Below, piece by piece: positions 1 through 12,450 of a stretch of DNA of 64,000 nt. Source of the DNA: Octopus vulgaris (lineage: Eukaryota). Within the stretch, counting starts at the first letter, position 1. Every line of letters starts with the position of its first letter. The translations under genes were made by a program, and so were the position numbers. The notes beneath the pieces are model-generated. The model did no database searches and was not told the origin of the DNA. It saw only the letters and a program-made list of their open reading frames with translations. Where the stretch lies: contig OX597817.1 of NCBI GenBank assembly GCA_951406725.2, positions 64,666,001-64,730,000 on the forward strand. Reading direction: 5' to 3'.

Positions 1-261
1 TTAATTTAATTTATTCCCATTCATGTGAAACCACTTATTCAAGTTCAAGTCATTGATGCAATTTTATACCAATTGCTATTTTTACTTTTAATTGTTATGT
101 TACGATTTAATTATTATATTATACTTTAGTTTGATTTTAATTATTACTTACTACATATAATTCAATTGTTATCATTATCTCTAATTTTTATTGTTAAAGT
201 GAAAGTATCTGACATAAAATAGAGAGATGTTTTTGTTTCACTTTTAACACGTAATACTGAA

Positions 262-452
262 ATAGTGGAGAAGATATGATATTGCTATGGTCTCACCCTA
301 GGCAAGAAGTTGAACATTTTTTTTTTGCCCATTACACTACATGGACCCTAAGTAAGGCATGTGTAATGAAATTGGTTGTGTAGTTCTCAAGTTTTAGGGA
401 ATCATAGTGGAGAAGATATGATATTGCTGTGGGCTCACCCTAGGCAAAAAGT
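262..452 (+). repeat. ~49-bp direct repeat (262-310, 404-452), probably a transposon subterminal repeat
   Basis: ATAGTGGAGAAGATATGATATTGCT(A/G)TGG(T/G)CTCACCCTAGGCAA occurs twice. Confidence 0.75.
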
Positions 453-472
453 TTTTAAAAATTTTTGATGAT

Positions 473-532
<60 letters not shown>

Positions 533-569
533 TACATATACATTAATATTATCATCATTGAAAGTTGAA

Positions 570-2290
570 AACCAAAGGCTGCCATCTCCACCATCTCTGA
601 CACCAAATTCTATAACAACTATGGAGTTTACATCTGCAATGCTGCAATGTCACCTTAAGAATAATCAAAACTATGCCTCTCCTGGTTTTGATGCTGTTAC
701 ATACTTGCTTCTCAAATGTGGTAGATGCTTTCTCCTGAACCAGCTTTCACTCTTCTTTCAGTTCTGTCTTAACAACAGTGCTACTCTGGAGCAGTGAAGA
801 ACTGCTAGTGTCATTCTTCTGTTCAAAAAGGGTGACTGCACATCGCCTGTCTACTATCGTCCAGTCAGTCTTACAAGCTGCATTTCCAAACTGATGGAAT
901 CTTGTGTCAGAGAAACACTCTGGAACTTCTGGAATTCTCACAGCCTTATCTAGCCCTCGCAATTTGGATTTATTCCTAACTCCAGCTGCTGTGATCAACT
1001 TATCGAGTTTCTTGAAGATATCACCTGAGTCATTGATAGTGGCTCATGGGTGGATGTTGTTTACCTTAACTTTGCTAAAGCTTTTAATTCTGTGCCTCAC
1101 AAAAGGCATATGGAAAAACTCTCTGCAATAGGTGTGAAAGATGATCTTTTTCAACTGGTTGGAGTCCTCCATTCTTAGCCGAAAAGAGGTAGTCACAGTT
1201 CTAGGACAGCATTCTTCATCCTATGAGATGTCATCTGGTGTACCACAGGGATCTGTTCTTGGTTTCCTTTTGTTTGTTGCATACATTAATGACATAGATA
1301 CCAACTTAAAGAGTGCCACAGTGCTGAAATATGTACCTTGAGATAAAAAGGACAGATCCTGAACACCATAGATCTTTTCTGCTATCAAACCTGGACGCAA
1401 TGCAACAATGGATCACAGACTGGCAACTCAAGCTGCTTGTGAACAAGTGTACCGCCATGCATTCTCAGAGGAAAAACCCAGCATCCACATACTCTCTCCA
1501 CAACACTAATATCAAGAAGTCTTCTTGTGGACATGATCTGAACATTACTGTCAGCAGTGATTTGCTCTGAACAAAGTATATCTATAAAATTGTCAAGAAG
1601 GCCAAGGGTGTCTTGGCATCACTCAGAAAGACCTTTGTCAGCCACTCTCCAGCTATCTATTTAAGGCTTTATATGGCTATAGTGTGGCCACACTTGGAAT
1701 TTGCATCACCAGTTTGGAACCCTTATCTTGCTCAGGACATTGACTTCCTGGAAACTGTTCAGAGATATGCAACCAAGTGAATACCCTCCATCAGGCATCT
1801 ACCATACTCTGAACACTTTGCTTCCCTGGGCATAAAATACACTGAAGCTCTGATGTCTGGCAACTGACTTGGTAAACACCCACAAAATTATTAACCATTG
1901 TGCCAACAACCACCTTGAGCACCTTTTTGAGCTCCATATGTTTAACACATGTGGGCATGCCTACAAAGTCAGAAAACAGCAGAGCTCCTATGACTTTCAG
2001 AAACATTTTTTCACACTCAGAGTTGCTGAAGCATGGAACAAGCTACCTGCATCAGTTGTTAGTTGCCAAGATATTGCATCCTTTAAAATCTCCAAGCTTC
2101 CTAAAATTCGCCAACACTACACCTGATATTCCCCACTCCATAAGCATGCATACATGTATATTATGACTTGTACACTGTTCACTTTCCTGACTTTTGTACA
2201 TAATTCTATGTACTATACATGCACCTTTGATGAGTTGTAGTGCACCTGAGCACTATACACAATAATTTCATTATTTTTATTATCATTATC
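570..2290 (+). mobile_element. Decayed CR1-group LINE, 3' half (RT and C-terminal region)
   Basis: Frameshifted RT motifs ASPGFD, SGVPQGSVLGFLLFVAYINDI, WQLKL.VNKC, LEFASPVWNPY, FF.LRVAEAWNKLP; ends in an (ATT)n-like tail. Confidence 0.85.
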
Positions 2291-2667
2291 ATGTCTGTTT
2301 TCCATGCTGGCCTCTGATTGTGTGTGTGTGTGTGTGTGTGCATGAGAGAGAGAGGGAGAGAGATGCAGAATGGTTTAGTGATGCAGATGGCTGACAAAAT
2401 ATTTTGATACTTTACAAGTGTATATAATATTATTACCAAACAAATAAATAAATGTGAATATAATTTTACTGTTTATAAATCATTGGACAACAGCCACCTG
2501 GGGTTTTCAGTAAATTATATCCACCTATAGTGCATACTTGTTAATTAGTTTTAAACAAGAATATATCTCTAGCCTTACTCTGAAGCAAACTATGGATTAT
2601 AATGACTAGTTTAACACTCAAATATCATGATTCAATTTAGAGGGTCTTACCTGTTTCAATGCAATTA

Positions 2668-2940
2668 GATATTGACTGATATACACATTATGTTTATATA
2701 TTGGTCAATATCCGGATATACTAGTCAATACCTGTGTGTGTGTGTGTGTGTGTGCGTGTGTGTGCGTGTGTGTGTGTAGATATATTTTTTATATATCAGC
2801 TAATACTCCAATATATCAGTAATTTTCTAGATATATCAATCAATATCCAGATATATTTTTATACACCAGTCAATATTCAGATATAACAGCAAAAACCAAG
2901 ATATACTTTAAGTATTAGTGAATACCAAGTATAAACTATC
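2668..2940. repeat. Degenerate ~21-bp minisatellite with embedded (TG)n
   Basis: Recurring ATATA(T/C)CAGTCAATATCCAGAT-like units. Confidence 0.5.
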
Positions 2941-2959
2941 TGGTAATGTACTTTTTAGA

Positions 2960-3450
2960 GTTCATCTATCAAGAACCATTGATATCTTACATAAGGGTTT
3001 GCATGCACAGCCATGAAGCTACCCTGAACACAGTGAATGATGTCATCCATCCAGCCTGTACCCTTTCTCCCAGAGCAGCATTTTCCCTCCCCTACTTCAA
3101 TGGTGATTATTAGTAGCTGGTAACTCCAGTGTCCAAACTTTAATATTTTCCTTTTCATAAACTTGGCTAACAGATCTTTTTTTCTATTAGCTACATGTTT
3201 TAACCCTCTGATATGCAGAACCCTTCACTATAACCATAGCACAAAAGCATTTAATTGGTACGTGTCATTTTCCTTCAGATCCCAGTTTTCACAACCATAC
3301 AAAGCAACTCTTTATAGGTAATCTGGTTCACTGTTTTGACTTCCATATTCTTGAGCTGTGTAGCAAATTGTCTGACTGCTTTGTCATATACTACCAATTG
3401 TGATATATGAACCAAGAAACTTAAAATGCTTCACCTGTTGAACTGACTTT
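2960..3450 (-). mobile_element. RTE-clade LINE 3' fragment
   Basis: Minus-strand peptide remnants KRKILKFGH...EGKC.SGRKGTGWMDDI, typical of the RTE C-terminus; multiple stops. Confidence 0.6.
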
Positions 3451-3625
3451 CTAGAACAAAATAATAAAATTCAAGCAAAGTAGTAAATATATACAGGTAC
3501 AATGTACACTTATTCCTCAGAAATGGGTTTTATTGTGAAAAAAACTCCTAGTTTTAAAATGCCTTTGTACACACTACCTCAAGAATTGACAACTGGGATA
3601 CTGCCAGCAGAACTGGATATTTTAA

Positions 3626-3846
3626 CCTTTTAACATTCAGATTATTCTATCAAATGTACTGCTTATTTATTCACATTAAAAAAAAATTAACCATGTCTTA
3701 TCTCATAGCTTCAAGATTTCAAAGATTTGATTGTTTATTTTTAGAATGACATTGCAGAGTAGGTATGAGATGTCGGATAAGGCTAGTTTGAACATAAAAC
3801 AGGTAGACAATTTGGGCTGGATATGGCTGGTTTAAAAGCTAAAGGG
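3626..3846. mobile_element. piggyBac-type MITE
   Basis: TTAA-CCTTTTAACATT ... AAAGCTAAAGGG-CTAA: degenerate TIRs and TTAA-like TSD. Confidence 0.6.
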
Positions 3847-5865
3847 CTAATGGTCATCCAGGTAACTTCAAGATGTGTACAGTAGAGTGCACAGAAACAA
3901 TGGTTGTGGTACAACAAATGAAGAAAGATCAAGATTGCTGAAGATCTGTGTTGCAAATAAACCAACTGCTAATAGCATAAATTTTCGAAAGTCAGACTAC
4001 TAATTGATCATCTACCATTAGGGCAGGCATGAGAACCAGATTAATTTTCTCCTAAAAGAAAAGACTGGCTGAATTGTTGTGAACACCAACTACTTTTCTG
4101 ATAAATGCTGCACAGCAGTTAAATTTAAATTATCTATTGATTCTAGGTTGACAATGAGGTAGAATTAGAAGTGAAAGTCAGCCAGTAGAAGGAAGATATG
4201 GAAGTGAATTAGTAAGATGAAGACTCAGTGACATCTGGAAAGTAGCCTTTGTTCCAAAGATATAAACAGATTTGATAGGATCTTATCACTGCTTACTCAG
4301 TACAAATGACAGGTACACAAAATATGTAGAGAAATCTTGGGCAGCTTGTCAGAAACCAGGAGTTCAGCTGTGACAGATGCATGAGAAGTAGAAAAAGTAC
4401 CCTTGAAGTAAAGTCCATGAACTGTCCAGATGGATCTGAAAACATTGTTTAGTGTATCTTATAAAGATATCCTATGAGAAAGCTTCTAAGTGACTACCAA
4501 ACTTGCAAGAAATAGAAGCCAAATCTTATTCAAATCACATTCTACCAACTCAAAAAGGAGAAGGTTACCTTATAAATGTGGTCCTAGATACCTCTAAAAA
4601 TATGGGTTAGTCATAGCAAGAATGTGTTTGATTATAGATCTGTTCAATCAGGGTGAACTTGGAGCTTAACAACAACAGTAAGTAAAGCTGGAACACAAGA
4701 TTTTAAGACTGATTGTATTTGCAGTTAACCTAGTTGTTACAGAAGATCTATTAAAGACTGCAAAAGCGCTGGTTAGTAACATGAAATCTCACAAACATCT
4801 GGAAAGCAGACTTGTTTCATATATAAAAGCAGATTTGATAGGATCTTATCACTGCTAACTTAGTGGAAGATTGATAGCAATAGAAAGATATAAAAAAAAA
4901 AGAGAAGGCAGAAGAAATAAAACCAGAGCTAAGTATAAACAGAGATTTAAAGATACCTTGAGAGGAAAGGTGTAATTGTTGCACCATGAAAACAGGCATA
5001 AAAGTACTCTGCTGCCAAGATATTTCTCTCAAAAAGAGAACTTTTTAATCTACCCATTCAAAATAATACAAAAAGAAAATATGATGGCCATAGTTAAGCT
5101 AGCCAATATTTCTTTAATCCTTTTAAAATTTTCCCAAAGGTTTCTCAACTTCTCTTCTCAAAGGCATTTGGAATTTGTTGAAATATGGTGACAAATGCAG
5201 TTTCATTAAAACAATTTCTCAATAAATACATTTACCATAATTTATTTTAAGAGAGAAATTCACATCCATATATAACACACCCACACATGCATGCACACAC
5301 AGTCATACATATACACATTAGTCAACACACACATACACTCATATATGTATATACATTGCCTCACAGAGGCAATAACTAGTGACCATGACCTTTGGCGATG
5401 TGCTGTGCTTGAGAGGACCCATCAAGCCAAGCGTACACATGCTGGTGGCACATAAAGAACACCTTTTGACTGTTGGGCCTCATGGAGGGAAGTGGCTGAG
5501 TTCCTTTTGAGGGTTGGGCCTCAAGGAGGCAATGACTGAGACCTTTAGCATCATGTCGTACTTGAGAGGACCCATCAAGCCAAGTAAAATCGTAGTTGTG
5601 CAGATACCCGTGTCATGCAAATTGGCACATAAAAGCACCCCAGTGTCATGTAAATGACACCCATGCCAGTGGCACGTAAAAGCACCCATTACACTCTTGG
5701 AGTAGTTGGTGTTAGGAAGGGCTTCAGGCTGTAGAAAACCATGACAATCAGACTGGAGTCTGGTGCAGCATTCCAGCATGCCAGCTCATTCAAACCTTCC
5801 AACCCATGCCAGCATGGACAACGGACGTTAAATGATGATGATACATATATATTTATATGAATGCA

Positions 5866-5896
<31 letters not shown>

Positions 5897-6499
5897 CATA
5901 CACATGCACACACACTCTATTTAATCTTGAAACAGCATTGCTATTTTTCAATGAATCTCTACTAAATTTTGCATGAAACTCCAAATGCAACCTATAACAA
6001 TACACAAACCAAAAGACAATGGGTTTGGGATACCCTTGGGGTAAAACAATATAGAGTAGTAGCATATCTGTGAGGCACAGAAATATTGCTAGTTTATCTT
6101 GTGAAACTATCTTTTTCTCTCTTCCAATCTTTTACTTGTTTCAGTTGCAGCCATACTGGAGCACTGCCTTGAAGGATTTTAGTTGAACAAATCATCCCCT
6201 GGACTTATTTTTTAAAGCCTGGTATTTATTCAATCAATCTCTTTTTGCTGAACTGCTATGTTACAGGGATGTCAAGCAGTGATGATGGAGACAAACACAG
6301 ACACAAAGACACACACATGGATTATATACATGTAAATACATATATATGACAGGCCTCTTTCAGTTTCCATCTACCAAATCCTTTCACAAGTCTTTGGTTA
6401 GCCCAAAGACACTTGCCCAAGGTGCCACGCAGTGGGACTGAACCTGGAACCATGTAATTGGGAAGCAATCTTCTTACCACATAGCCATTCAATATTAAT

Positions 6500-7330
6500 G
6501 ATAGAAGCAGTATTGGTTCAGAGTAAGATTCTGTACATCATACTGAACTCAGATATACTGTAGAAAGCTTTGAACTGTGGTATTTATCTCAAGAATCTAT
6601 CTTGTGAAAATGCAGTGTTAAAAAACACAAAAATACATCAGTAGCAAAAGAAAAGTGTCTGACAGTGGTGGTGGAATTGCTAAATACATATTTTTGCTTT
6701 GTAGAGCATCATCAGTAGCATCTATTGGCAACTGCTTGCTAAGGCAAATTTAGCTTTTACTGATATAGAAAAAGTAATTAACAAACCACTGGCATTGCAA
6801 TTAGCTGGCAGGCTAGGTAAAAAATCAGTATCAGCAACAGAAACAGTATTAGTTTGGAATAGCATCCTGTATATCATACTTAACTCAGATATACTGTAGG
6901 AAGCTTTAACCAGTGGTATTTGTCTGGAGAAAGACTCTCATTTGGACATATGATGTAAAAAACACAGAAATATATCAGTAGGGAAACAAAAAGTGTCTAG
7001 CAGTATTAGTGAAATTACTAAAAGTGTGTTTAACTCTATACATCTATACAAGATGCTTTCTTATTATGAATACCATAATTTCAAGGCTTTCTACAATATA
7101 TCTGAGTTATGCATGATATATTGAATACTATTCTGAACTAATGTTGCTTCTGTCACTAATAATGAATTTTATTCAGCCTACTAGTTAATTGCAACATCAG
7201 TGATTTGTTAATCACTGTTTTTCTCTATCAGTAAAGGTTAAATCTGCCTTATAGTGCCATTGCCAGTGGAAGCTCACTACTAAAAATGCTCAAAAAAGCC
7301 AGAATACATATTTAGTAATTCCACCACTGC
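6500..7330. repeat. Diverged ~335-bp tandem repeat (6500-7025) plus an inverted copy (7070-7330)
   Basis: AACTCAGATATACTGTAG(A/G)AAGCTTT recurs at ~6546 and ~6882. 7070-7330 aligns as the reverse complement of ~6668-6920. Confidence 0.7.
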
Positions 7331-7331
7331 A

Positions 7332-7610
7332 GCAGCTAACTTCAATAGGGAATGAGGTCACCTACCATCTCTTGATAAAGGCTTCATTAATAAAATCCTG
7401 ATATTTGGTTTTCTTTAGCTGGTGAAAAATGTCAAGTCTGTCATCCTAGGACACATTAAGTTCAGCAACAAAAATTGTTTTTGCACTCTTGGAAAGTAGG
7501 AAGATGTCTGGTCAAAGTAATGTTACTGCTATCTCCTGTGGGAAGATGAGTCTGCCCTTGTGGTCCACTTGCATCTCCCAGTCTGAGGCTGAATGCAAAA
7601 TAGAAAATGG
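7332..7610 (-). mobile_element. HERO/NeSL-like non-LTR retrotransposon fragment (restriction-like endonuclease domain)
   Basis: Minus strand translates ILHSASDWEMQVDHKGRLIFPQEIAVTLL*PDIFLLSKSAKTIFVAELNVS*DDRLDIFHQLKKTKYQDF...FPIEVS, the PD..(E)L...K..KY REL signature. Confidence 0.7.
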
Positions 7611-9129
7611 GTCCTCTATTGTTGCTGTCATCTTAGAAGCCTTATCATTTTCCCATTAGGAATCTGATACCCTTGGATGGTGGTGGTGGTGGTTGCTGTT
7701 TGTTAGCTTTAACACTACAGTTCTGTCCATTAATGTGTGTGTGTGTGAGATATATATATACATATGTTTGCATGTATATATGCCTATATATATATATGTG
7801 TGTGTGTGCGTATCATCATCATTTAACATCCGTTTTCCATGCTGGCGTGGGTTAGACGATTTGACTGGAACTGGTAAGCTGGAGGGCTGCACCAGGTTCC
7901 AGTTTGATTTGGCATGGTTTCTACATCTGGATGTCCAACCCAACGCCAACCACTTCGAGAGTGTAGTGGATGCTTTTTATGTTCCACCAGCACAGATGCC
8001 ATTTAGATAATACCAGCAATGGCCACAACTACAATTTCACAGGTGCCATCTATATGGCACTGGCAACGGCCATGAGTACAATTTCACTTGGCTTGACAAT
8101 CCTGCTCAAGCACAGCATATTGCCAAAGGTCGCAGTCACTAGTCATCACCTCCATGATGCCCAACATTTGAAGATTATGCTACTGGCTATGGCCACAATT
8201 ACAATTTCATTGGTGCCATTCACATGGCATTGGAACAGCCACGACTATGATTTCATTTGGCTTGATGAGTCTTCTCAAGCACAGCATATCACCAAAGGTC
8301 TCAATCACTTGTCATCACCTCTATTAGGCCCGTACAATATTGATTTCACAGAACCTTTGGCTCTGAAACCTTTCCAGATTACAGATTTTTCTGAACCAGG
8401 GCTAGTCATCTTGTCCATAACAAACTCTAAATTAAACAAATATTAAATTTACTTACATAATTAAATGAAATACAGGTACCTGAACATTAATATAAATAAT
8501 ACAACATTATTAATACTGTTAGTGTGAGTTACTGGTCTGAGCAAAGAACCAGGAAATTAGTCTGGCAGCTTCAATTATATGAGTTTATGGAACACAAAAA
8601 ATAGTTATATATCACCTAATGAAACACAAGGTCTCATAATGAAGGGAAACAGTTACATAACCAAATACCAACAAACCTGGAGAACTAGTTGTGTGAAAAC
8701 AATTGTAGTGATTATAAATAAATGTTCCTCTGTACTTCTTGTTGACTCCAATTTATTCAATTATCCATTCACACACCACAGAAGCCCCAACACAAATCTG
8801 GCAGTAGGTATAATACTACTAATGGATAGCACTGGGTGGAATCTGAAGGTGGACGAGCTTTATACTGTATTCTACTATGTTCTTAACAGAATATAACTCA
8901 ACTATATATGTGTGTGTGTATACATGCATATATATATATGTATGTATGTATGTAAATATATACATACATACACATATATATGTGATTGTGTGTGTGCATA
9001 CACACATATCAGCAAGATTCAGTAGGGTCCTCCACTTCATGATCTGGTGCACATCGTGAGAACTAAGAGTAAATGAATGAGTCCCATAAGCCATTCAAGC
9101 CATACAGAGGGATGCTGTTAGTAAGATGA

Positions 9130-9870
9130 GAGTTAGCATAATACATCAATGAACCTAGTATGCAGGTAAGAGTTCATCAGAGCTCATTTCTTAGTTATCT
9201 CCTCTTTGCCATTGTTCTCCAGAGGAGTTTAAGAATGTTTACCCATGGGAACTCTTCTATGTTGATGGCCTTATTCTTATAGCTAAATCTATACTAGAAA
9301 AGAAATTCCAGGTGTGAAAGCAAAACATGGAATCAAAAGGCCTTAATGTTAACTGTGCAAAATCCAAAATTCTAGTAAGCAAGAAAACAGACAACACTAA
9401 ACCCTTCAAAGAAATGGCACTGTTCAATATGTAGAAAAGGTGTTGGTACAAATTCGATGTAGTGTACCCAGTGGATACAAAAGATGCAGTGGAACCACAG
9501 GAAGATGCGCAAGGAAAATAGACTTTGAGGAAAATGCACAGAAGCAATAAACATTAAGAACATATAGGAAATAGATTTTCATAAATGCCCAGGAGGATCA
9601 CTAGAGACAGTAAACCATTTCTGTTACCTAGGTGATCTAATAAGCAGTGAAGGAAGATGTTCTGAAAGTATAATTGGTTGAATAAGAATAGGATGGAGAA
9701 GGCTTAGAGAGCCATTACCTCTTTTGGTAATGAAAGGCTTCTCCCTTAGAGTGAATGGCAGATCATATGATGCTTGTGTCCAAATAGTAATGTGACATAG
9801 TAATGTATCATGGTTGGTGAATGCAGATATGCAAAGACTAAAACGAAATGAAACTAATATTCTCCCATGG
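9130..9870 (+). mobile_element. RTE/RTE-X LINE RT fragment
   Basis: PWELFYVDGLILIAKS..EKKFQV*KQNMESKGLNVNCAKSKILVS and ..HFCYLGDLIS.EG; degenerate YADD region with stops. Confidence 0.7.
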
Positions 9871-10307
9871 AGATCCGCTCTCTCTCTCTCTCCCTCTCTC
9901 TATATATATATACATACATATACATACACACACACACATATACATACACACACACATCACATACATACATATATATATATCATAGTATCACAGTATAAAC
10001 AACCAGACTATCAGATGTTATACATTGCTGGTCACAATGTGCTTCACATTGTTTTAGCTTTTGAATGATGCCACTCTATTGGCTAACTGAGTAGGCCAAC
10101 ATTCCTCTGATCGAAGGATATTCAATCATAGGGTTACTCATTTAGAGTTGAGTGAACTAGAGCAGTGTGAAATGAACTGTTTTGCTTGAGGACACAATAT
10201 GGTACCCAGTCCAGGAATTGAACCCATGATCTAGTAATCATGAGTGCAACACCTTAACCACTAGATCACACACTTATTTATATACATACATGTACATACA
10301 CATATGA

Positions 10308-10423
<116 letters not shown>

Positions 10424-10637
10424 ACAATGTAGGATAAAATCTTTTCGAAAAAAATTTTATCAATGGCCAGCATATCAAAAAATACCTTTAAAGGGTAAAT
10501 TTATAAATAACTTATAAAATAAGGGCAAAAGAAAAGTTCTAATGCCAAATATGCCGAAAAAAGACAAAATTGTCAATAACCATTATAATTTATGTGTCTT
10601 GAAACAAGCCGATAGAAATTTCTAAAACAGTCCGTTA

Positions 10638-10698
10638 TTACCATATTGGTCCCAATTTCGGGGTTAATTCATAAGAATTTTCCCCTTCTCAGTAATAA
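10638..10698 (-). ncRNA. Second, core-mutated copy of the hammerhead (CTGAGAA, G8A)
   Basis: Reverse complement reads TTATTA-CTGAGAA-GGGGaaAATTCttatGAATTaaCCCC-GAAA-TTGGgaCCAA-TA-TGGTAA. Confidence 0.65.
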
Positions 10699-11123
10699 AT
10701 ATGTAAGACATAAATGAAATACTTACTCATACCCATGGAAAAAGCAAGCACTTGTTTCGAGACACAAATTATAATGGTTATTGACAATTTTGTCTTTTTT
10801 TGGCATATTTGGCGTTAGAACTTTTCTTTTGCCCTTATTATATAAGTTATTTATAAATTTAACCTTTAAAGGTATTTTTTGATATGCTGGCCACTGATAA
10901 AATTTTTTTCGAAAAAATTTTATCTTACATTAGTTGTAAATTTAGTAGTGTTCACTTCCGGATTATCTCACTCTGTGAAAGTTTCTAGTTCAAATCACAC
11001 GTGTCTTGAGATGTGCTGAAGATTTTCTATTTTGGATATATTTGGGGTACTTATGTCTGCTCAGGACTTAGTGCTTGCTTTTTCCATGGGTATGAGTAAG
11101 TATTTCATTTATGTCTTATGTAT

Positions 11124-11184
11124 TTATCGCTGAGGAGGGGAAAATTCTTTTGAATTAACCCCGAAATTGGGACCAATACGGTAA
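11124..11184 (+). ncRNA. Type I hammerhead ribozyme (Penelope/retrozyme type)
   Basis: Stem I TTATCG/CGGTAA; core CTGAGGA (11130-11136); stem II GGGG-aa-AATTC-tttt-GAATT-aa-CCCC; GAAA (11163-11166); stem III TTGG-ga-CCAA; cleavage triplet AUA ending 11178. Confidence 0.8.
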
Positions 11185-11372
11185 TAACGGACTGTTTTAG
11201 AAATTTCTATCGGCTTGTTTCGAGACACATAAATTATAACGGTTATTGACAATTTTGTCTTTTATCAGCATATTTGGCATTAGAACTTTTCTTTTGCCCT
11301 TATTTTATAAGTTATATATAACCCATGCTAGCATGGAAAACGGACGTTAAACGATGATGATGATGATATATA

Positions 11373-11769
11373 TCTCTATATATATAAAGCTGAAGTTGTT
11401 TATGTATGGCAGGTTCGGTAGCCTTCAACTAACACTATCTCCTCCGAGACCCTGCGGTGCAAGTTGACCAAAATTGAGAGTATGATAGAAGAACGCTTGC
11501 TCTTCCTTCTGTAGAAGAAAATATTCAAATCAGACCATGTTAACACCAAAAATTATTTACATCAAAAAGGTGCTTTTTTTTCTATGAAAATCCCTGTTTT
11601 ACGATTTTTTGACTGCTGTGTCGCCATTTTTCGGTGTATTTCAACCAGAAAAATGTTCACTTAAAGAGAATAACAAGTTACATAATGCAAAATTTTTACT
11701 TTTCAAAAATTCCAATTCTAAAGGGTTGAAAAGAAAACAAGCCTGAGCAACGCTGGGCTATACTGCTAG
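11373..11769 (+). mobile_element. Non-autonomous Helitron
   Basis: 5' TC(TCTATATATATAAAG), subterminal hairpin AGCCTGAGC-AAC-GCTGGGCT (11740-11759), 3' CTAG, inserted between A and T. Confidence 0.75.
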
Positions 11770-11782
11770 TATATATATATAT

Positions 11783-12002
11783 AAAACAATTTCAATGTGG
11801 AAGGTGTTTATAAGCCATTTAAGAAACACAAAATCCATTAGATTCACTTCAACATTTAAATTTAACTTGTCAAGTGAACAGGTCGCGGTCTTAAAGTGAC
11901 GAAAATATTTTGACAAGTTAAATTTAAATGTTGAAGTGAATCTAACAGATTTTGTGTGTTTCTTAAATGGCTTATAAACACCTTCCATGCTGCAATTGTT
12001 TT
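11783..12002. repeat. Fold-back inverted repeat (~90-bp arms) with a hammerhead-like loop; probable Penelope-like remnant
   Basis: 11783-11873 is the near-perfect reverse complement of 11910-12002. Loop is GTGAACA-GGTCGCGGTCTTAAAGTGAC-GAAAATATT. Confidence 0.75.
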
Positions 12003-12418
12003 TGTTCCAGCACACGATCTCAGATCAGGTCACTTGCTATGCAAGTACATCTCTGTAATATATATATATGCATACATATACATATGAGTATATATGTGTG
12101 TGTATATATGTAAGCATATGTGTGTATGTATGTATGAGTACATATACATACATATATATATATATATATGAATGATGCTGATGATGATATATACAGTTAC
12201 AAAGTCTCTATAAGAGATGAAAGTAGTAACTATACTGAGAAGTAATGTTAATCGCCACATCAACATGGCTGTTCAACATTACTACTGTTCTTCACCCCAG
12301 GAAGTGCCTCCTCCTGCTGACTATCAATGGAATCTGCACCCAGTAATTGCAAGCAGGGGAGTGAACCCCTACCATCTGCTAGCAGACGACAGTGTTTCAC
12401 ACACACACACACAAGTAG

Positions 12419-12450
<32 letters not shown>

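Larger units (their letters stand above)
10426..11315 (+). mobile_element. Penelope-like pseudo-LTR / retrozyme-like element: partial tandem (period ~463 bp) preceded by an inverted copy
   Basis: 10426-10752 is the reverse complement of sequence in 10751-10931 and 11070-11315. CTTGTTTCGAGACAC recurs at 10751 and 11214. Contains a hammerhead, has no ORF and is flanked by (TA)n. Confidence 0.7.

Noticed and set aside
262-452. Spaced direct repeats (also 4231-4300/4795-4863 and the 20-kb pair) as a CRISPR-like array
   Set aside because: Only two copies each, eukaryotic context, and no cas genes.
394-797. ORFs rich in YIYI/HTHT/VCVC (also 5689, 7656-8010, 8819, 10261, 12030, 16334, 21792 etc.)
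   Set aside because: They are translations of (TA)n/(CA)n microsatellites and SINEs, with no splice or homology support.
7970-8446. 158-aa ORF, the longest in the window
   Set aside because: It lies in an internally repeated SINE/LINE-tail repeat found elsewhere in the window; no protein motif.
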